From Clostridiales bacterium (lineage in GTDB: Bacteria; Bacillota; Clostridia; Christensenellales; UBA1242): 64,000 nt of DNA. A program made the position numbers and the translations under genes. The stretch lies in assembly GCA_015069325.1 (NCBI GenBank), contig SVIV01000001.1, positions 360,052 to 424,051 of the forward strand, read 5' to 3'. Shown here in pieces: positions 49,546-59,723 of the stretch; position 1 is the first letter of the stretch, and every line of letters begins with the position of its first letter. The notes below the pieces were generated by a model. It was not told where the DNA came from. It worked only from the letters and a program-made list of their open reading frames with translations, and did not search any database.

Positions 49546-50742
49546 TTAAACTATATTGGCACTGCAAATCACAAGCCCTATTAATATAAAATAAACAAAA
49601 GCAACACCAATTAATATTACAATTAATAAAACCATACTTTTTGATAAAGAAGAAATGAAATTTGCAATTTGTTTATTGCCTAAAGGCTCGATCACACCTG
49701 CAATAAATTTCAATGCCAACATAAATATAACCATTTCAAGTATAGGTGATAAGATTGATGCTAGCATCATTATTAGCCCGGTTGCCCCCACTCCGTTTTT
49801 GATTATATTAGATGAAACCATAATAAGGCTCATTCCATCACTTAAATATCCCCCCAGTATTGGAACATATGAACGAATGGCGTATTTGGCGGTTCTTAAG
49901 GATATCCCATCAAACGATCCTGCTGTAATGCCTTGCAACGAAATAAACGCTGTAAAAATAGTAAAAATTAATCCTACAATCCACTTGAACGAGCTATTGC
50001 AAAAACTTGCAAATTTATCCAGCTTAATCGTATTAGATAAATTTGATACTATTGAAAAGATAACCGAAAAAATGAAAAGCGGAAGTAGAATATATGAAAA
50101 AAGATTAAGAATTCCATTCGCAAGTAATGCCATTGCCGGTTGATAAACGCTTACTGATGCCGTTCCACCAATTGCTGTAAGCATTGTAAGAAGCAAAGGA
50201 AACACTCCATTCATTTGATTTTGCATAGAACGTAGTGCGGTTGATGCGAGAGTGATCATCTGAACAATTATTCCTAAAACCAATATGACAACTACACCAT
50301 AAACAACAAAATGGATAATGTTTGTAAGTGATTTTGAATTGCCCGAAGGTTTTATCCCTTGAATCATATTTCCTAAAATTGAAATTGCAATTATGATTGA
50401 TAAAGTTGGAAGTAAGTTGACTATGCCGTCAAAAAAAATCGCTACAATACTTTGCAATAACCCTTGTCCGCTTGCAAACTCCCCACTTATAAGAAGTTTT
50501 AATCTTTCAGCAAAACTTCTCCCCCCAAAAATTGATGTTTGATTTGAGTTGAACTGGGCCAGGATTTCATCCAAGTAAGAGAAATCCAGGTCTTCAATTT
50601 GGTTGTCAATTTTATCTCCGATGTCTTCTTCAATAATTTCATTAGTGCTCGCAAATGTAGTATTATTAGTAGTGACAGGCAAAAACGTTAACAAACAGAT
50701 ACAAGGCAATATTAAAAAGATGATAAATTTTTCAAGTTTCAT
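49546..50742 (-). CDS. spoIIIAE: stage III sporulation protein AE
   Basis: 398 aa, signal peptide plus about 7 TM permease-like protein. Operon position. Confidence 0.88.
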   Translation of the reverse strand: MKLEKFIIFLILPCICLLTFLPVTTNNTTFASTNEIIEEDIGDKIDNQIEDLDFSYLDEILAQFNSNQTSIFGGRSFAERLKLLISGEFASGQGLLQSIVAIFFDGIVNLLPTLSIIIAISILGNMIQGIKPSGNSKSLTNIIHFVVYGVVVILVLGIIVQMITLASTALRSMQNQMNGVFPLLLTMLTAIGGTASVSVYQPAMALLANGILNLFSYILLPLFIFSVIFSIVSNLSNTIKLDKFASFCNSSFKWIVGLIFTIFTAFISLQGITAGSFDGISLRTAKYAIRSYVPILGGYLSDGMSLIMVSSNIIKNGVGATGLIMMLASILSPILEMVIFMLALKFIAGVIEPLGNKQIANFISSLSKSMVLLIVILIGVAFVYFILIGLVICSANIV

Positions 50743-51131
50743 ACAGGCAAAATCCCGATAATTATTTCTAATATGTTCATCACAATTGGCAGAGCCATTA
50801 CCATAATTACGATTTTCCCGCCTAATAATATTTTATCGCCTAAAGAAGAATTGCCCGTATCACTACATATACCTGCAGTAAATTCTATTAAGTATCCTAT
50901 TCCAATTATTTTAATCAGAAATGAATAAATTCCACCATTTAATCCAGAGATTTGAATAATATTATTGAAAGTTGAAAATATGTCGGTCAAATAATTGATT
51001 ATCATAAAAATAATCATCAACCCGCCAGCAATTGCAATCAAAATTGAAAAATCTGCTCTAATTGGTTTTATAAGCATTGTTGCCAAACAAGTTACTATGC
51101 CAATACCTACAATTTTTAATATTATTTCCAT
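50739..51131 (-). CDS. spoIIIAD: stage III sporulation protein AD
   Basis: 130 aa, 4 TM. Operon position. Confidence 0.85.
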   Translation of the reverse strand: MEIILKIVGIGIVTCLATMLIKPIRADFSILIAIAGGLMIIFMIINYLTDIFSTFNNIIQISGLNGGIYSFLIKIIGIGYLIEFTAGICSDTGNSSLGDKILLGGKIVIMVMALPIVMNILEIIIGILPV

Positions 51132-51137
51132 AAACTC

Positions 51138-51341
51138 CTATAAATTAAAAATGCCTTGAAAAGTAGTATAAAGGTCGCCAATAAGATTTAAAACCATAAC
51201 AATGACAATTATAAAACCTGCAACCGTTGCGATGGTTGAAATCTCATCTTTCCCCATTTGTTTTAAGATTTGCCCTAAGATTGCAGTTAAAAGGCCCACC
51301 GCTGTAATTTTAAAAATGATTTCAATACCCATATTTATCAC
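51138..51341 (-). CDS. spoIIIAC: stage III sporulation protein AC
   Basis: 67 aa, 2 TM. Operon position. Confidence 0.85.
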   Translation of the reverse strand: MINMGIEIIFKITAVGLLTAILGQILKQMGKDEISTIATVAGFIIVIVMVLNLIGDLYTTFQGIFNL

Positions 51342-51836
51342 CTAAATAAACAGTATAATTATAAACAAACTTGCCACTATGCCCAGTTTGATAGAAAGAG
51401 CACTATATTTTTTATGCTCCGCTTCTGTATCCTTGCAATATCCTTCAAATCTTGAAAGATTATTTTTGATTTCTTTCGATTGACTGTCTAAATCACTTCT
51501 ACCTAAACTTTTGAAAAACATAAACAAAACGTTTTTTTCATCTTGCTTTAAAAATTGAATGTTTTTAAATAAAGAATCTTCATTCAATGGACTTTCTTGA
51601 TTTAAAAATGAAATATAGTTGGCATCAATGCCAAACAAATTTTTTTTATGTTTTTCATCAAGGTTTATAATGATGTTTTTTATCCTTTCCTTTGAATAAT
51701 TCATTTCGACATCAAATTTTTGACATAACATAACCATAGATTGAAAGAAAATATACCTATTTTTATACTTTTTTGAAATCTTATAGCCTATAAACAATGC
51801 TATACCGCATAGCATTGCAATTAATAATATTTTCAT
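51342..51836 (-). CDS. spoIIIAB: stage III sporulation protein AB
   Basis: 164 aa, N- and C-terminal TM helices with a GspF-like cytoplasmic domain. Operon position. Confidence 0.85.
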   Translation of the reverse strand: MKILLIAMLCGIALFIGYKISKKYKNRYIFFQSMVMLCQKFDVEMNYSKERIKNIIINLDEKHKKNLFGIDANYISFLNQESPLNEDSLFKNIQFLKQDEKNVLFMFFKSLGRSDLDSQSKEIKNNLSRFEGYCKDTEAEHKKYSALSIKLGIVASLFIIILFI

Positions 51837-51845
51837 ATATCCCCC

Positions 51846-52751
51846 TTATAAACGTAACCTTGAAAAATTTTCATTGTATATTCCTTCAATTGTTCCAGGG
51901 CCATTGCGCATAGACAAAAGGACAAATCGCTGAAATACTCGTTGTTTCAACAAAGTGTCAAAATTTTCTTTTTGACAGAAACTTTCAATGCTATCGCTAT
52001 GCACAGATGCTAATATGGATACCCCAGAATTTATTGCAGATTGCACCGCGTCAACATCTTCCCTTGTTCCTAATTCATCAGTAACAATCAAGTTTGGAGA
52101 TAAAGACCGAATACCATTTTCAAATCCCACCTTTTTACTAGCAAATGCTATTTTATCAGCAAAGTTTCCCAAAACATCTTGGCTTCCCATATCAAGTTCT
52201 CCTCGTTCATCTAAAACTAGGATATTGTAAGCAAAGTTTCTTTCAGATAATTGCCAAATAAAATCTCGTAAAAAAGTGGTTTTGCCCGCTCCAGGTGGAG
52301 AGATTATAAGTGTATTGTGTATTTTTTCATTAGTTATTAAATAGTCAAATGCGGGCAATGAGCAATTTTTAACTTGATGCGGAATACGTATGTTTAAACT
52401 TGTAAAGTTTGTCATTGTTTTAATTGTTCCTTTCTCTTCAATTAAATCACCGCCAAGCCCTATTCTGACACCGCTATCCGTAACAATAAATCCCTTTCTA
52501 ATTTGGTCATTGACTGAATAAATAGAGCATTCACTTGCTCGGAAGATTATATCTTCTATAGCAATTTTCGAAACTCTTATAGCGTCTTTGACGTTTGCAG
52601 TAACTCCATTTTCACCTAAAAAGATATGTTGCCCACCAATAGCAAGAACAACAGGTTTGTTCACTCTCATTCTAATTTCATTTATACAGTTAAAATTTAC
52701 TTTAGTTTTTAGCAAATCGTATAAATCGTTTGGAAGAATCTTTTTTAACAT
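51846..52751 (-). CDS. spoIIIAA: stage III sporulation protein AA (secretion-type ATPase)
   Basis: Walker A SPPGAGKTT, Walker B VTDELG. Start set at ATG 52751 (RBS GAGGTG 6 nt upstream); the ORF-track GTG at 52760 lies inside the RBS. Confidence 0.9.
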   Translation of the reverse strand: MLKKILPNDLYDLLKTKVNFNCINEIRMRVNKPVVLAIGGQHIFLGENGVTANVKDAIRVSKIAIEDIIFRASECSIYSVNDQIRKGFIVTDSGVRIGLGGDLIEEKGTIKTMTNFTSLNIRIPHQVKNCSLPAFDYLITNEKIHNTLIISPPGAGKTTFLRDFIWQLSERNFAYNILVLDERGELDMGSQDVLGNFADKIAFASKKVGFENGIRSLSPNLIVTDELGTREDVDAVQSAINSGVSILASVHSDSIESFCQKENFDTLLKQRVFQRFVLLSMRNGPGTIEGIYNENFSRLRL

Positions 52752-52844
52752 AAAAAACACCTCATCATAGGCTATGAATGAGATGTTTTAAAAATGTTGA
52801 TGCGACAAATAAAGTCAAAAGTTAATAAAAATGCCCTTTTATTT

Positions 52845-52873
52845 CAAAAAAACACTGCTAATTGTGCAGTGTC
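52845..52873 (-). terminator. intrinsic terminator of efp
   Basis: Minus strand: ACACUGC-loop-GCAGUGU plus UUUUUUU. Confidence 0.75.
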
Positions 52874-52880
52874 TTTTGAA

Positions 52881-53441
52881 TTATTTAATTCTTTCCATAT
52901 AGCTTCCATCACGAGTATCAATTCTGATTTTATCACCAATATTGATAAATAGTGGAACTGGAAGAACATAGCCTGTTTCAACTTTTGCTGGTTTGTTTGT
53001 AGATTTTGAAGTGTCTCCTTGAATTCCTGGTTCGCAATCAATTACTTCTAATTCTACAAAGTTTGGAGCATAAACTGAGAAAGGATTGCCTTTATAGAAA
53101 AACATAGTGCAGTTTTCGTTTTCTTTAACGAAGTTTAAGCAATCTTCTACGCTTTCTCTGTTTAAAGGAATTTGGTCATAAGTTTCAGTATCCATAAAGT
53201 AGTAAATTTCCCCGTCATTGTAAAGATAAGTCATTTCTTTCTTTTCAATAACAGCAACTTGGAATTTATCAGATGGATTGAAAGTTGTTTCTTTCACTTG
53301 ACCAGTCATTACGTTTTTAAGTTTTGCTCTTACAAATGGTGAGCCTTTACCTGGTTTTACGTGAAGAAAGTCAACAACTGAATAAACAACTCCTTCCCAT
53401 TCAAAAGTTGTGCCTTTTCTAAAATCTCCTGCAAATATCAT
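52881..53441 (-). CDS. efp: elongation factor P
   Basis: 186 aa; [15 protein letters not shown] loop (the conserved Lys precedes GKG), three OB/KOW domains. Confidence 0.96.
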   Translation of the reverse strand: MIFAGDFRKGTTFEWEGVVYSVVDFLHVKPGKGSPFVRAKLKNVMTGQVKETTFNPSDKFQVAVIEKKEMTYLYNDGEIYYFMDTETYDQIPLNRESVEDCLNFVKENENCTMFFYKGNPFSVYAPNFVELEVIDCEPGIQGDTSKSTNKPAKVETGYVLPVPLFINIGDKIRIDTRDGSYMERIK

Positions 53442-53495
53442 ATCAATCTCCTTTATTTCAAATTATTTCGCCCTATTATGATAGCATAAATAATA

Positions 53496-54353
53496 TTATT
53501 TGTCTAGTATTTTCATATAAATTTTTTTCATTATCTGCGCATCGCTAGGCATCATAGACATTGATTCACAAATAACACGTGGCGATAAATTATATTCCAC
53601 AAGCACCTGTGCTAATCCGTCAAAATCTGGACCATAAATAGAGTCATCATAATTTAAGTGTTTGATTTCTCCTTTGCCGCCATATTGGATTTTCGAAAAA
53701 TGAATATGAGAGTTATTTGTTTTTTCATAACCTATATTTTCTATCGAATAATCAAGTATGCGTTTATAATCTTCTTTTGTTTTTAAAGTCCCACCTTCCA
53801 ATGCATTAATATGCCCAAAATCAAATGTAGGGATTAAATGTTTATTTAGTTTGCATAAATTCACTACTTCTTGATATGTGCCAATTTGCATCGTTTTACC
53901 CATTGTTTCAGGACATAACAAAATTCCATCTAAAAGCCCATCTTCTTCCATCTTATCAAATGTTTCGCTAAATCTATATGAAGTAAGATTCAACGCTTCT
54001 TCTCGTGTGAGTTTTCCGCACGAAGCTGGGTGAAAAATCAACCTATCCGCGTCAAATGCTCGCAAGAAACGTATCCCCGTATGAATATACCCTTGTGTTT
54101 TTTTATACATTTCTTCGTCTGGATTTGCAAAATTGATATAAAATGGTGCGTGTAAAGATAACTTGATATCATATTCTTTAAATTTTAGCCCTGCTTCTTT
54201 AGCTTTTTCGGTTGTCATCTGATAACCGTGCCCAAAAGAGTATTCATAAGCATCTAGACCTTTAGATTTTATCCACGCAGGCACTTCAAGTATGCCCTTA
54301 TGTCCTTCTTCAACAAATTCATCGCCACACCCTGATGGGCCAAATAAAACCAT
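53496..54353 (-). CDS. AP endonuclease family 2 / endonuclease IV-like TIM-barrel protein
   Basis: LHAPFYINFANPD, LIFHPAS, LCPETMGK, FDFGHINA, HIHFS: the ordered metal-ligand motifs of the Nfo/xylose-isomerase-like fold. Confidence 0.65.
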   Translation of the reverse strand: MVLFGPSGCGDEFVEEGHKGILEVPAWIKSKGLDAYEYSFGHGYQMTTEKAKEAGLKFKEYDIKLSLHAPFYINFANPDEEMYKKTQGYIHTGIRFLRAFDADRLIFHPASCGKLTREEALNLTSYRFSETFDKMEEDGLLDGILLCPETMGKTMQIGTYQEVVNLCKLNKHLIPTFDFGHINALEGGTLKTKEDYKRILDYSIENIGYEKTNNSHIHFSKIQYGGKGEIKHLNYDDSIYGPDFDGLAQVLVEYNLSPRVICESMSMMPSDAQIMKKIYMKILDK

Positions 54354-54363
54354 TGTTTCTCCT

Positions 54364-55230
54364 TTATATCAACCTTAGTAAAAATTTCAACTTGCCTTGA
54401 TTTATAATGCCTAATCCTAAAAAGCCTTGCAAACCAAACAATTTAAAAGTTGCACCTTCAACTGCATTAATGTCAAGTTTACTTGCACTTAAATAAACCC
54501 CGTTTAAAATTTTCAATTCGTCTTCTTTATTTAATTTTATACATTCATAATCAAACAAGGTGTCAAGTTCGATAATTTTAAAAATTCCATTCTCAATATC
54601 AGTTAGCGAATACGAATCTTTGATTTTAAAATCTCCACATTTAGTGCGTGTTATACTTAACATAACACCATATGTTGATAATTTTGTTGCTATATCCCTA
54701 CAAAGAGAACGGATATATGTTCCGCTTGAACAATGCACTTCTAGTTCAAAAGTGTTTTGTTCTAATTGATTTAAAACAGAAATATTATAAATCTCAATTT
54801 CTTTTGGCTTAAGTTCTACTCGTTGTCCTGCACGTGCAAGATCATAGGCCTTTTGCCCATTAATCTTTTTGGCCGAATATATTGGCGGCATTTGGTCTTG
54901 TTTTCCAATAAATGTCTGAACAACTTGAGTTAATTCATCAAGAGTAACTACAATATCATTGCTTTGTGTAACCTCACCCTCTAAGTCTAAAGTGTCTGTC
55001 GTCTGGCCAAATTTGAAAACGGTTTTGTATATTTTATCCTTGTTTAAATAATATTCAAAAAGTCTAGTTCCTTTACCTAAAGTAATTGGAAGTAAACCTT
55101 CCCCTAGCACATCTAAGGTGCCTAAATGCCCAGCCTTATCAGCTTTTAAAAGATATTTAACTTTATTTACAAGTTTATTTGAAGATACATTGCGTTCTTT
55201 ATTTAACAGTATAACTCCATTTATTGCCAT
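54364..55230 (-). CDS. truB: tRNA pseudouridine-55 synthase
   Basis: NGVILLNKERNVSS, catalytic GHLGTLD, SGTYIRSL. Confidence 0.94.
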   Translation of the reverse strand: MAINGVILLNKERNVSSNKLVNKVKYLLKADKAGHLGTLDVLGEGLLPITLGKGTRLFEYYLNKDKIYKTVFKFGQTTDTLDLEGEVTQSNDIVVTLDELTQVVQTFIGKQDQMPPIYSAKKINGQKAYDLARAGQRVELKPKEIEIYNISVLNQLEQNTFELEVHCSSGTYIRSLCRDIATKLSTYGVMLSITRTKCGDFKIKDSYSLTDIENGIFKIIELDTLFDYECIKLNKEDELKILNGVYLSASKLDINAVEGATFKLFGLQGFLGLGIINQGKLKFLLRLI

Positions 55231-55239
55231 AAATCCTTC

Positions 55240-56199
55240 TTATTGTTGCCTGATTATAGAAATTATCTCTTTTTTCACTTTATTGAAGTTTGTGCCCTTA
55301 ATTTTAGCACCTGCAGCACAAGTATGACCGCCCCCACCAAGCTTTTCGGTAACAGTGCGAACGTTATATCCTGCTCTACAACGCATAGAAACTGAAATAA
55401 TCCCCGGCTCTTTTTCTATTAAACTGAAAGAGTAATTAATATTTTCCATCGTTAATAATTTTGCACTGTAGTTCGAACAATCGTTTCCATTGCCATTCAA
55501 TTCAGTTAATGTTTTTTGATCAATGATTATGTAAGCGATATCTTTTGTAGTTTTATAGTTGTTCCATAAAAATTGTTTAAACTTAATTTCCTTTTTTGAA
55601 ACAGACTTATATATTGTTTCATTGATTGGATTCAGATCAATCCCAGATTTTGCGATTTCATATGCAATTTTAAAAGAATGTGCATTTGTATTTGTATTAA
55701 TGAATGAATTTGTATCAGAAGTCAATCCCATATAAACACTTGATAAAATTTTAGTGTTGAATTTCACTTTCATCAATTTAAGTAAATCATATACAAGTTC
55801 ACTGCAAGAACTGATACTTGCATCAATATAGTTGTATCTTCCAGTAAGTTGACAAGTTAAATGATGGTCTAACACAATGGTATTATTTGTCAAATTAAAA
55901 ATGTTGTTGGTATTACTGCCAATTCTATGCGGCTCAGATACATCACAACACATAAAGGTATCAAATAACGAAGGATTGCACTCCCCGATATTGATTGATT
56001 TCATATCAACAAGCTTTTTATTGACGTAAGGTATTTCATCGGAAATAAAAATTTCAGCCTCTTTGCCTAAAGATTTTAAACCATAATACATTGCAAATAC
56101 ACAGCCTAATGCGTCAGAATCAGGGCCTTTATGTGTAAATAAAGCTACTTTATTTGATTTTTTTAAAGCTTTTGCTAAATCTTTTAAACTATTCATCAT
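55240..56199 (-). CDS. nrnA: DHH/DHHA1 phosphoesterase (NrnA-like oligoribonuclease / pAp phosphatase)
   Basis: HKGPDSDALG, D in CCDVSE, VLDHH, and C-terminal GGGH. Confidence 0.85.
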   Translation of the reverse strand: MMNSLKDLAKALKKSNKVALFTHKGPDSDALGCVFAMYYGLKSLGKEAEIFISDEIPYVNKKLVDMKSINIGECNPSLFDTFMCCDVSEPHRIGSNTNNIFNLTNNTIVLDHHLTCQLTGRYNYIDASISSCSELVYDLLKLMKVKFNTKILSSVYMGLTSDTNSFINTNTNAHSFKIAYEIAKSGIDLNPINETIYKSVSKKEIKFKQFLWNNYKTTKDIAYIIIDQKTLTELNGNGNDCSNYSAKLLTMENINYSFSLIEKEPGIISVSMRCRAGYNVRTVTEKLGGGGHTCAAGAKIKGTNFNKVKKEIISIIRQQ

Positions 56200-56560
56200 C
56201 TTCTCCGTCTTCTTTTGGAATATCTAAATTTTTTAAAATTTCATTGATTCGCACCGTTGCCATTGTCCCCTTGTCAATGACAAATTGAAATTTTGGCATA
56301 TATGGCATTCTTACCATTGAAGCAAGTTCTTTTTTAATAAATCCTTCAGATTTCTCTAAAACTTTGATAATTTCTTGTAAAACCGATTCATCATCATTAT
56401 CAAGTGCCACTTTCACTTTGCAATATCTGAAATCTGCTGTTACATTCACTTCACTAATATATAAAAGAGGGCTAATGCGTGGATCATTCATTTTGTTGTG
56501 AATGATATCTGATACACATCTTTGTATCTCGCTATTTGCCCTCTCAAATCTAATTGACAT
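56189..56560 (-). CDS. rbfA: ribosome-binding factor A
   Basis: 123 aa; RANSEIQRCVSDII...DPR...ISEVNVTADFRYCKV pattern. Confidence 0.92.
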   Translation of the reverse strand: MSIRFERANSEIQRCVSDIIHNKMNDPRISPLLYISEVNVTADFRYCKVKVALDNDDESVLQEIIKVLEKSEGFIKKELASMVRMPYMPKFQFVIDKGTMATVRINEILKNLDIPKEDGEDDE

Positions 56561-56652
56561 AATCGTTTTCTCCTATAATATAGATTGGCTTTCCGCCCAT
56601 TAAGTATATTATAACCAAAAACATCAATTTGTCAAAATATATTTAATTGTTT

Positions 56653-59169
56653 TTACCTTTTTATTGCAACCTTTGCATAAAATTCAATAATATCTTCTTC
56701 TTTATAGTCAATATTATCCTTTAACTTAATACCGCATTCATATCCCTTAGGAACTTCTGCCTTTTCATCTTTAACAATTTTAAGAGATTCAACAGTTGTT
56801 CTGCCTATTTCTTCGTTGCCACGTTTAACTACAGCAATAGCGTTTCTTGTTGCTTTACCATCTTTAATATAACTTCCTGCAACTTTACCCGCAGTTGAAA
56901 GTTTGAATACCATTCTAATTTCTGCACTTCCAATATATTGCTCTTCATATTTAACGCTAAGCATTCCGTTAATAACAGCTGTAATATCATCAACAATTTC
57001 ATAAATAATGCTGTATTCTTTAATTTCAAGTTTTTCTTTTTCAGCAAGCGCTTTTGCCTTAGCAACTGGTTTTTGATTGAAGCAAATGATTACAGAACCA
57101 GTCGTTTGAGCAAGGATAACATCACTTTCTGTTACTGCTCCTGCACCTGAATGAACGATATTTACTTTCGCTTCTTCATTTCTAATGCTGAGAAGTGTAG
57201 CCTTAATTGCTTCTACAGAACCCATTGTATCAGTTTTGACAATTACATTAAGGTTTTTAAGTGCACCTTCTTGCACCCTATTCATAAAGTTGTCAAGAGT
57301 TACGCCTGAAGATTGTGCAGCGCGTTCTTTCTTAATGCGGTCAATTCTTTCTTGAATTACCTGTTTTGAAAGAGTTTCTTCAACTGCATAAACCTCATCA
57401 CCTGAAACAGGGACTTCGTTGAACCCTAAAATTTCTACAGGAGTTGATGGTAAAGCAGATTTAATTGGCTTACCTTGATCATTAAACATTGCTCTCACTT
57501 TCCCATAAGTGATACCAGACATAATAGAATCACCAACGTGAAGTGTTCCATTTTGAACAATCACAGACGCTACTGGCCCTCTATTTTTATCAAGTTCCGC
57601 TTCAATAACAACTGCTGTTGCCATTTTATTTGGATTTGCTTTAAGTTCGCACATTTCACTTACAAGAAGGATTGTTTGTTTAAGATCATCTAATCCCATT
57701 CCTGTTTTTGCCGAAATTGGCACGCAAATTGCATCACCGCCCCATTCTTCAGGAAGAATATTGTGTTCTGCAAGTTGTTGCTTAATGCGATCTGGATTGG
57801 CTTCAGGTTTATCCATTTTGTTGATTGCAACAATAATTGGCACGCCTGCCGCCTTAATATGATTAATAGCTTCTACTGTTTGTGGCATTACACCATCATC
57901 AGCAGCTACTACTAAAATGGCAATATCTGTTGCCTTTGCTCCCCTTGCTCTCATTTGAGTAAACGCTGCGTGTCCTGGAGTATCAATAAATGTGATTTTT
58001 TCGCCATTGAATTCAATTTGGTAAGCACCAATGCTTTGAGTGATTCCGCCAGCTTCTCCAAGAACAACGTTTGTTTTTCTAAATGCATCTAAAAGCGATG
58101 TTTTTCCGTGGTCAACGTGTCCCATAACTGCAACAATAGGTGCCCTTGATACAAGATCGCTTTCATCATCTTTTTGTTCAGTAGACTCAATTAATTTCTC
58201 TTCATATGATTTATCTGGCTTAATTTCAAGAGTAATCCCAAAATCACTCGCAACAAGTTCAGCCGTTTCATAGTCAATGCTTGAATTTATTGTTGCCATT
58301 ATGCCTAAAAGCATAAGTTTTTTCACAATTTCAGTAACTGGCTTGCCAATTTTTTCACTGAAATCCTTTACCGTAATTTCTTTTGAAGTAAGAACTGCGT
58401 GAGTAATAGCGGCAACTTGATTTGTAGTTTGTTCTTTCTTCTTTTTTACGCTCTTTTTAGACCCAAAACGAATTTCTTCGAATCCATTTTCGTCTTCAAT
58501 ATAAACATTATTTCTTTTTTGTTCGTCTCTGCGCTTGCCTTGAGCTTTCTTTTCGTCGTAATTTGTATTGTGTTTTTGCGTGTTTCTCGCCTTAGATTCA
58601 TAGTTTCTATCATTTTTAACATCAATTTCAATTACATCGTTGCTAGCAAATGACTTAAATTTATTTGCTTTTGAAGGAACAAAATTGTTATTTCCAAACT
58701 TCTTTTGCCCATTTTGTCCATTTTGTGCAAAAGGTGCTCTGCTATTGTTTTTATTATCTTTATTAAAACTACCATTAAAATTGTTGTTTGGTCTATTATT
58801 ATTAAATCTTTCCCCTGTTCGATTGTCAAATCTCTGGTTTCTATTCTGCCCATCATTACGGAACGGTCTTTGTTCGTTGTTGAATTTTTTATAGTTGTTA
58901 TTTTGTGCAAAAGAATTAGCAGAAGGTCTTTTTTCTTCTACTTTTTCTTCTTTAACAACAGTTTCTTCAGCTTTCTTTTCGGCCGCCTTTTTAGCCAGTT
59001 CATTTTGTTCAGCTGCAAAATTAATTTCCTTAATCCTTTGAGCTAAACGTTTTCCAAGTGCTTCTACGTTTAATTTAGATTCCTTTAGATTTTGTAAAAG
59101 TTTAGAAATTTCCCCTTCTTTTTGAAGTTCATGAATTTTCTTTAAATTTTGTAATGATTGATTTGCCAA
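56653..59169 (-). CDS. infB: translation initiation factor IF-2
   Basis: 838 aa, TTG start (RBS AAGGAG 6 nt upstream). G domain GHVDHGKTSLLD, DTPGH, and NKMD. N-terminal N/Q/K-rich low-complexity region. Confidence 0.96.
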   Translation of the reverse strand: MANQSLQNLKKIHELQKEGEISKLLQNLKESKLNVEALGKRLAQRIKEINFAAEQNELAKKAAEKKAEETVVKEEKVEEKRPSANSFAQNNNYKKFNNEQRPFRNDGQNRNQRFDNRTGERFNNNRPNNNFNGSFNKDNKNNSRAPFAQNGQNGQKKFGNNNFVPSKANKFKSFASNDVIEIDVKNDRNYESKARNTQKHNTNYDEKKAQGKRRDEQKRNNVYIEDENGFEEIRFGSKKSVKKKKEQTTNQVAAITHAVLTSKEITVKDFSEKIGKPVTEIVKKLMLLGIMATINSSIDYETAELVASDFGITLEIKPDKSYEEKLIESTEQKDDESDLVSRAPIVAVMGHVDHGKTSLLDAFRKTNVVLGEAGGITQSIGAYQIEFNGEKITFIDTPGHAAFTQMRARGAKATDIAILVVAADDGVMPQTVEAINHIKAAGVPIIVAINKMDKPEANPDRIKQQLAEHNILPEEWGGDAICVPISAKTGMGLDDLKQTILLVSEMCELKANPNKMATAVVIEAELDKNRGPVASVIVQNGTLHVGDSIMSGITYGKVRAMFNDQGKPIKSALPSTPVEILGFNEVPVSGDEVYAVEETLSKQVIQERIDRIKKERAAQSSGVTLDNFMNRVQEGALKNLNVIVKTDTMGSVEAIKATLLSIRNEEAKVNIVHSGAGAVTESDVILAQTTGSVIICFNQKPVAKAKALAEKEKLEIKEYSIIYEIVDDITAVINGMLSVKYEEQYIGSAEIRMVFKLSTAGKVAGSYIKDGKATRNAIAVVKRGNEEIGRTTVESLKIVKDEKAEVPKGYECGIKLKDNIDYKEEDIIEFYAKVAIKR

Positions 59170-59180
59170 TATAGACTCCT

Positions 59181-59468
59181 TTATTTATTTAACAACGATT
59201 CAATAATTTCGCTAATATTTTTGTTTTTAATGCCAAAAATTTTACAATTTGGTATGGATATCAGTTGAGATAATCCTTCAATCTCATAACATTTTATATT
59301 TTTTTCTTGCAACTTTGCAACAATTTTTATAGTATTATTGCCTGCATTTCTATCATATAAGATTAGATATAACTTTTTCTTATAATTTGCAAGTGTTTCT
59401 CCACCTATGATAAGATAGCCCGCTTTTCTGGAAATGTTTAAATAGCCTTTAATTTTTTCACTTTCCAA
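59181..59468 (-). CDS. ylxQ: L7Ae-family RNA-binding protein YlxQ
   Basis: ISRKAGYLIIGGE...LYLILYDRNAGNNT pattern. Start moved to TTG 59468 (AGGAGG 6 nt upstream), giving an 11-nt overlap with ylxR rather than 50 nt. Confidence 0.8.
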   Translation of the reverse strand: MESEKIKGYLNISRKAGYLIIGGETLANYKKKLYLILYDRNAGNNTIKIVAKLQEKNIKCYEIEGLSQLISIPNCKIFGIKNKNISEIIESLLNK

Positions 59469-59718
59469 GAATTGCCTCCTTGATAGAATCATATACAACT
59501 TCATCAATGTTTGTTTTAAATGCTTTATTGAAACTTTTTTGTTTAATGCATTTATTCAAACACTGTTCATCTTTGCAAATATATGCTCCTCTACCGTTCA
59601 TTTTTCCAGATAAGTCAATAAAAATGTTGTTTTCCTTATCTTTCACAACTCTCAATAAGTCTTTTTTATCCTGCATTTGCCTACAAGCAATGCACATTCT
59701 AAGCTTTTCCATTCCCAC
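59458..59718 (-). CDS. ylxR: YlxR (DUF448, RnpM-type) protein
   Basis: RMCIACRQMQDKKDLLRVV...GRGAYIC pattern. Located between nusA and ylxQ. Confidence 0.9.
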   Translation of the reverse strand: MGMEKLRMCIACRQMQDKKDLLRVVKDKENNIFIDLSGKMNGRGAYICKDEQCLNKCIKQKSFNKAFKTNIDEVVYDSIKEAILGK

Positions 59719-59723
59719 CTCAA

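Noticed and set aside
52761-52845. Sigma-E promoter for spoIIIAA (CATAGCCT at about 52782-52775 on the minus strand)
   Set aside because: The -10-like CATAGCCT is only a partial match to CATACAnT, and I could not place a convincing -35 at the right spacing. It is not reported as a feature.
58399-59046. Several overlapping ORFs on both strands (84-113 aa) inside infB
   Set aside because: They fall in the N/Q/K-rich low-complexity N-terminal region of IF-2 (about 58675-58917). They are stop-poor because of the biased composition, and none has an RBS or a recognisable domain.
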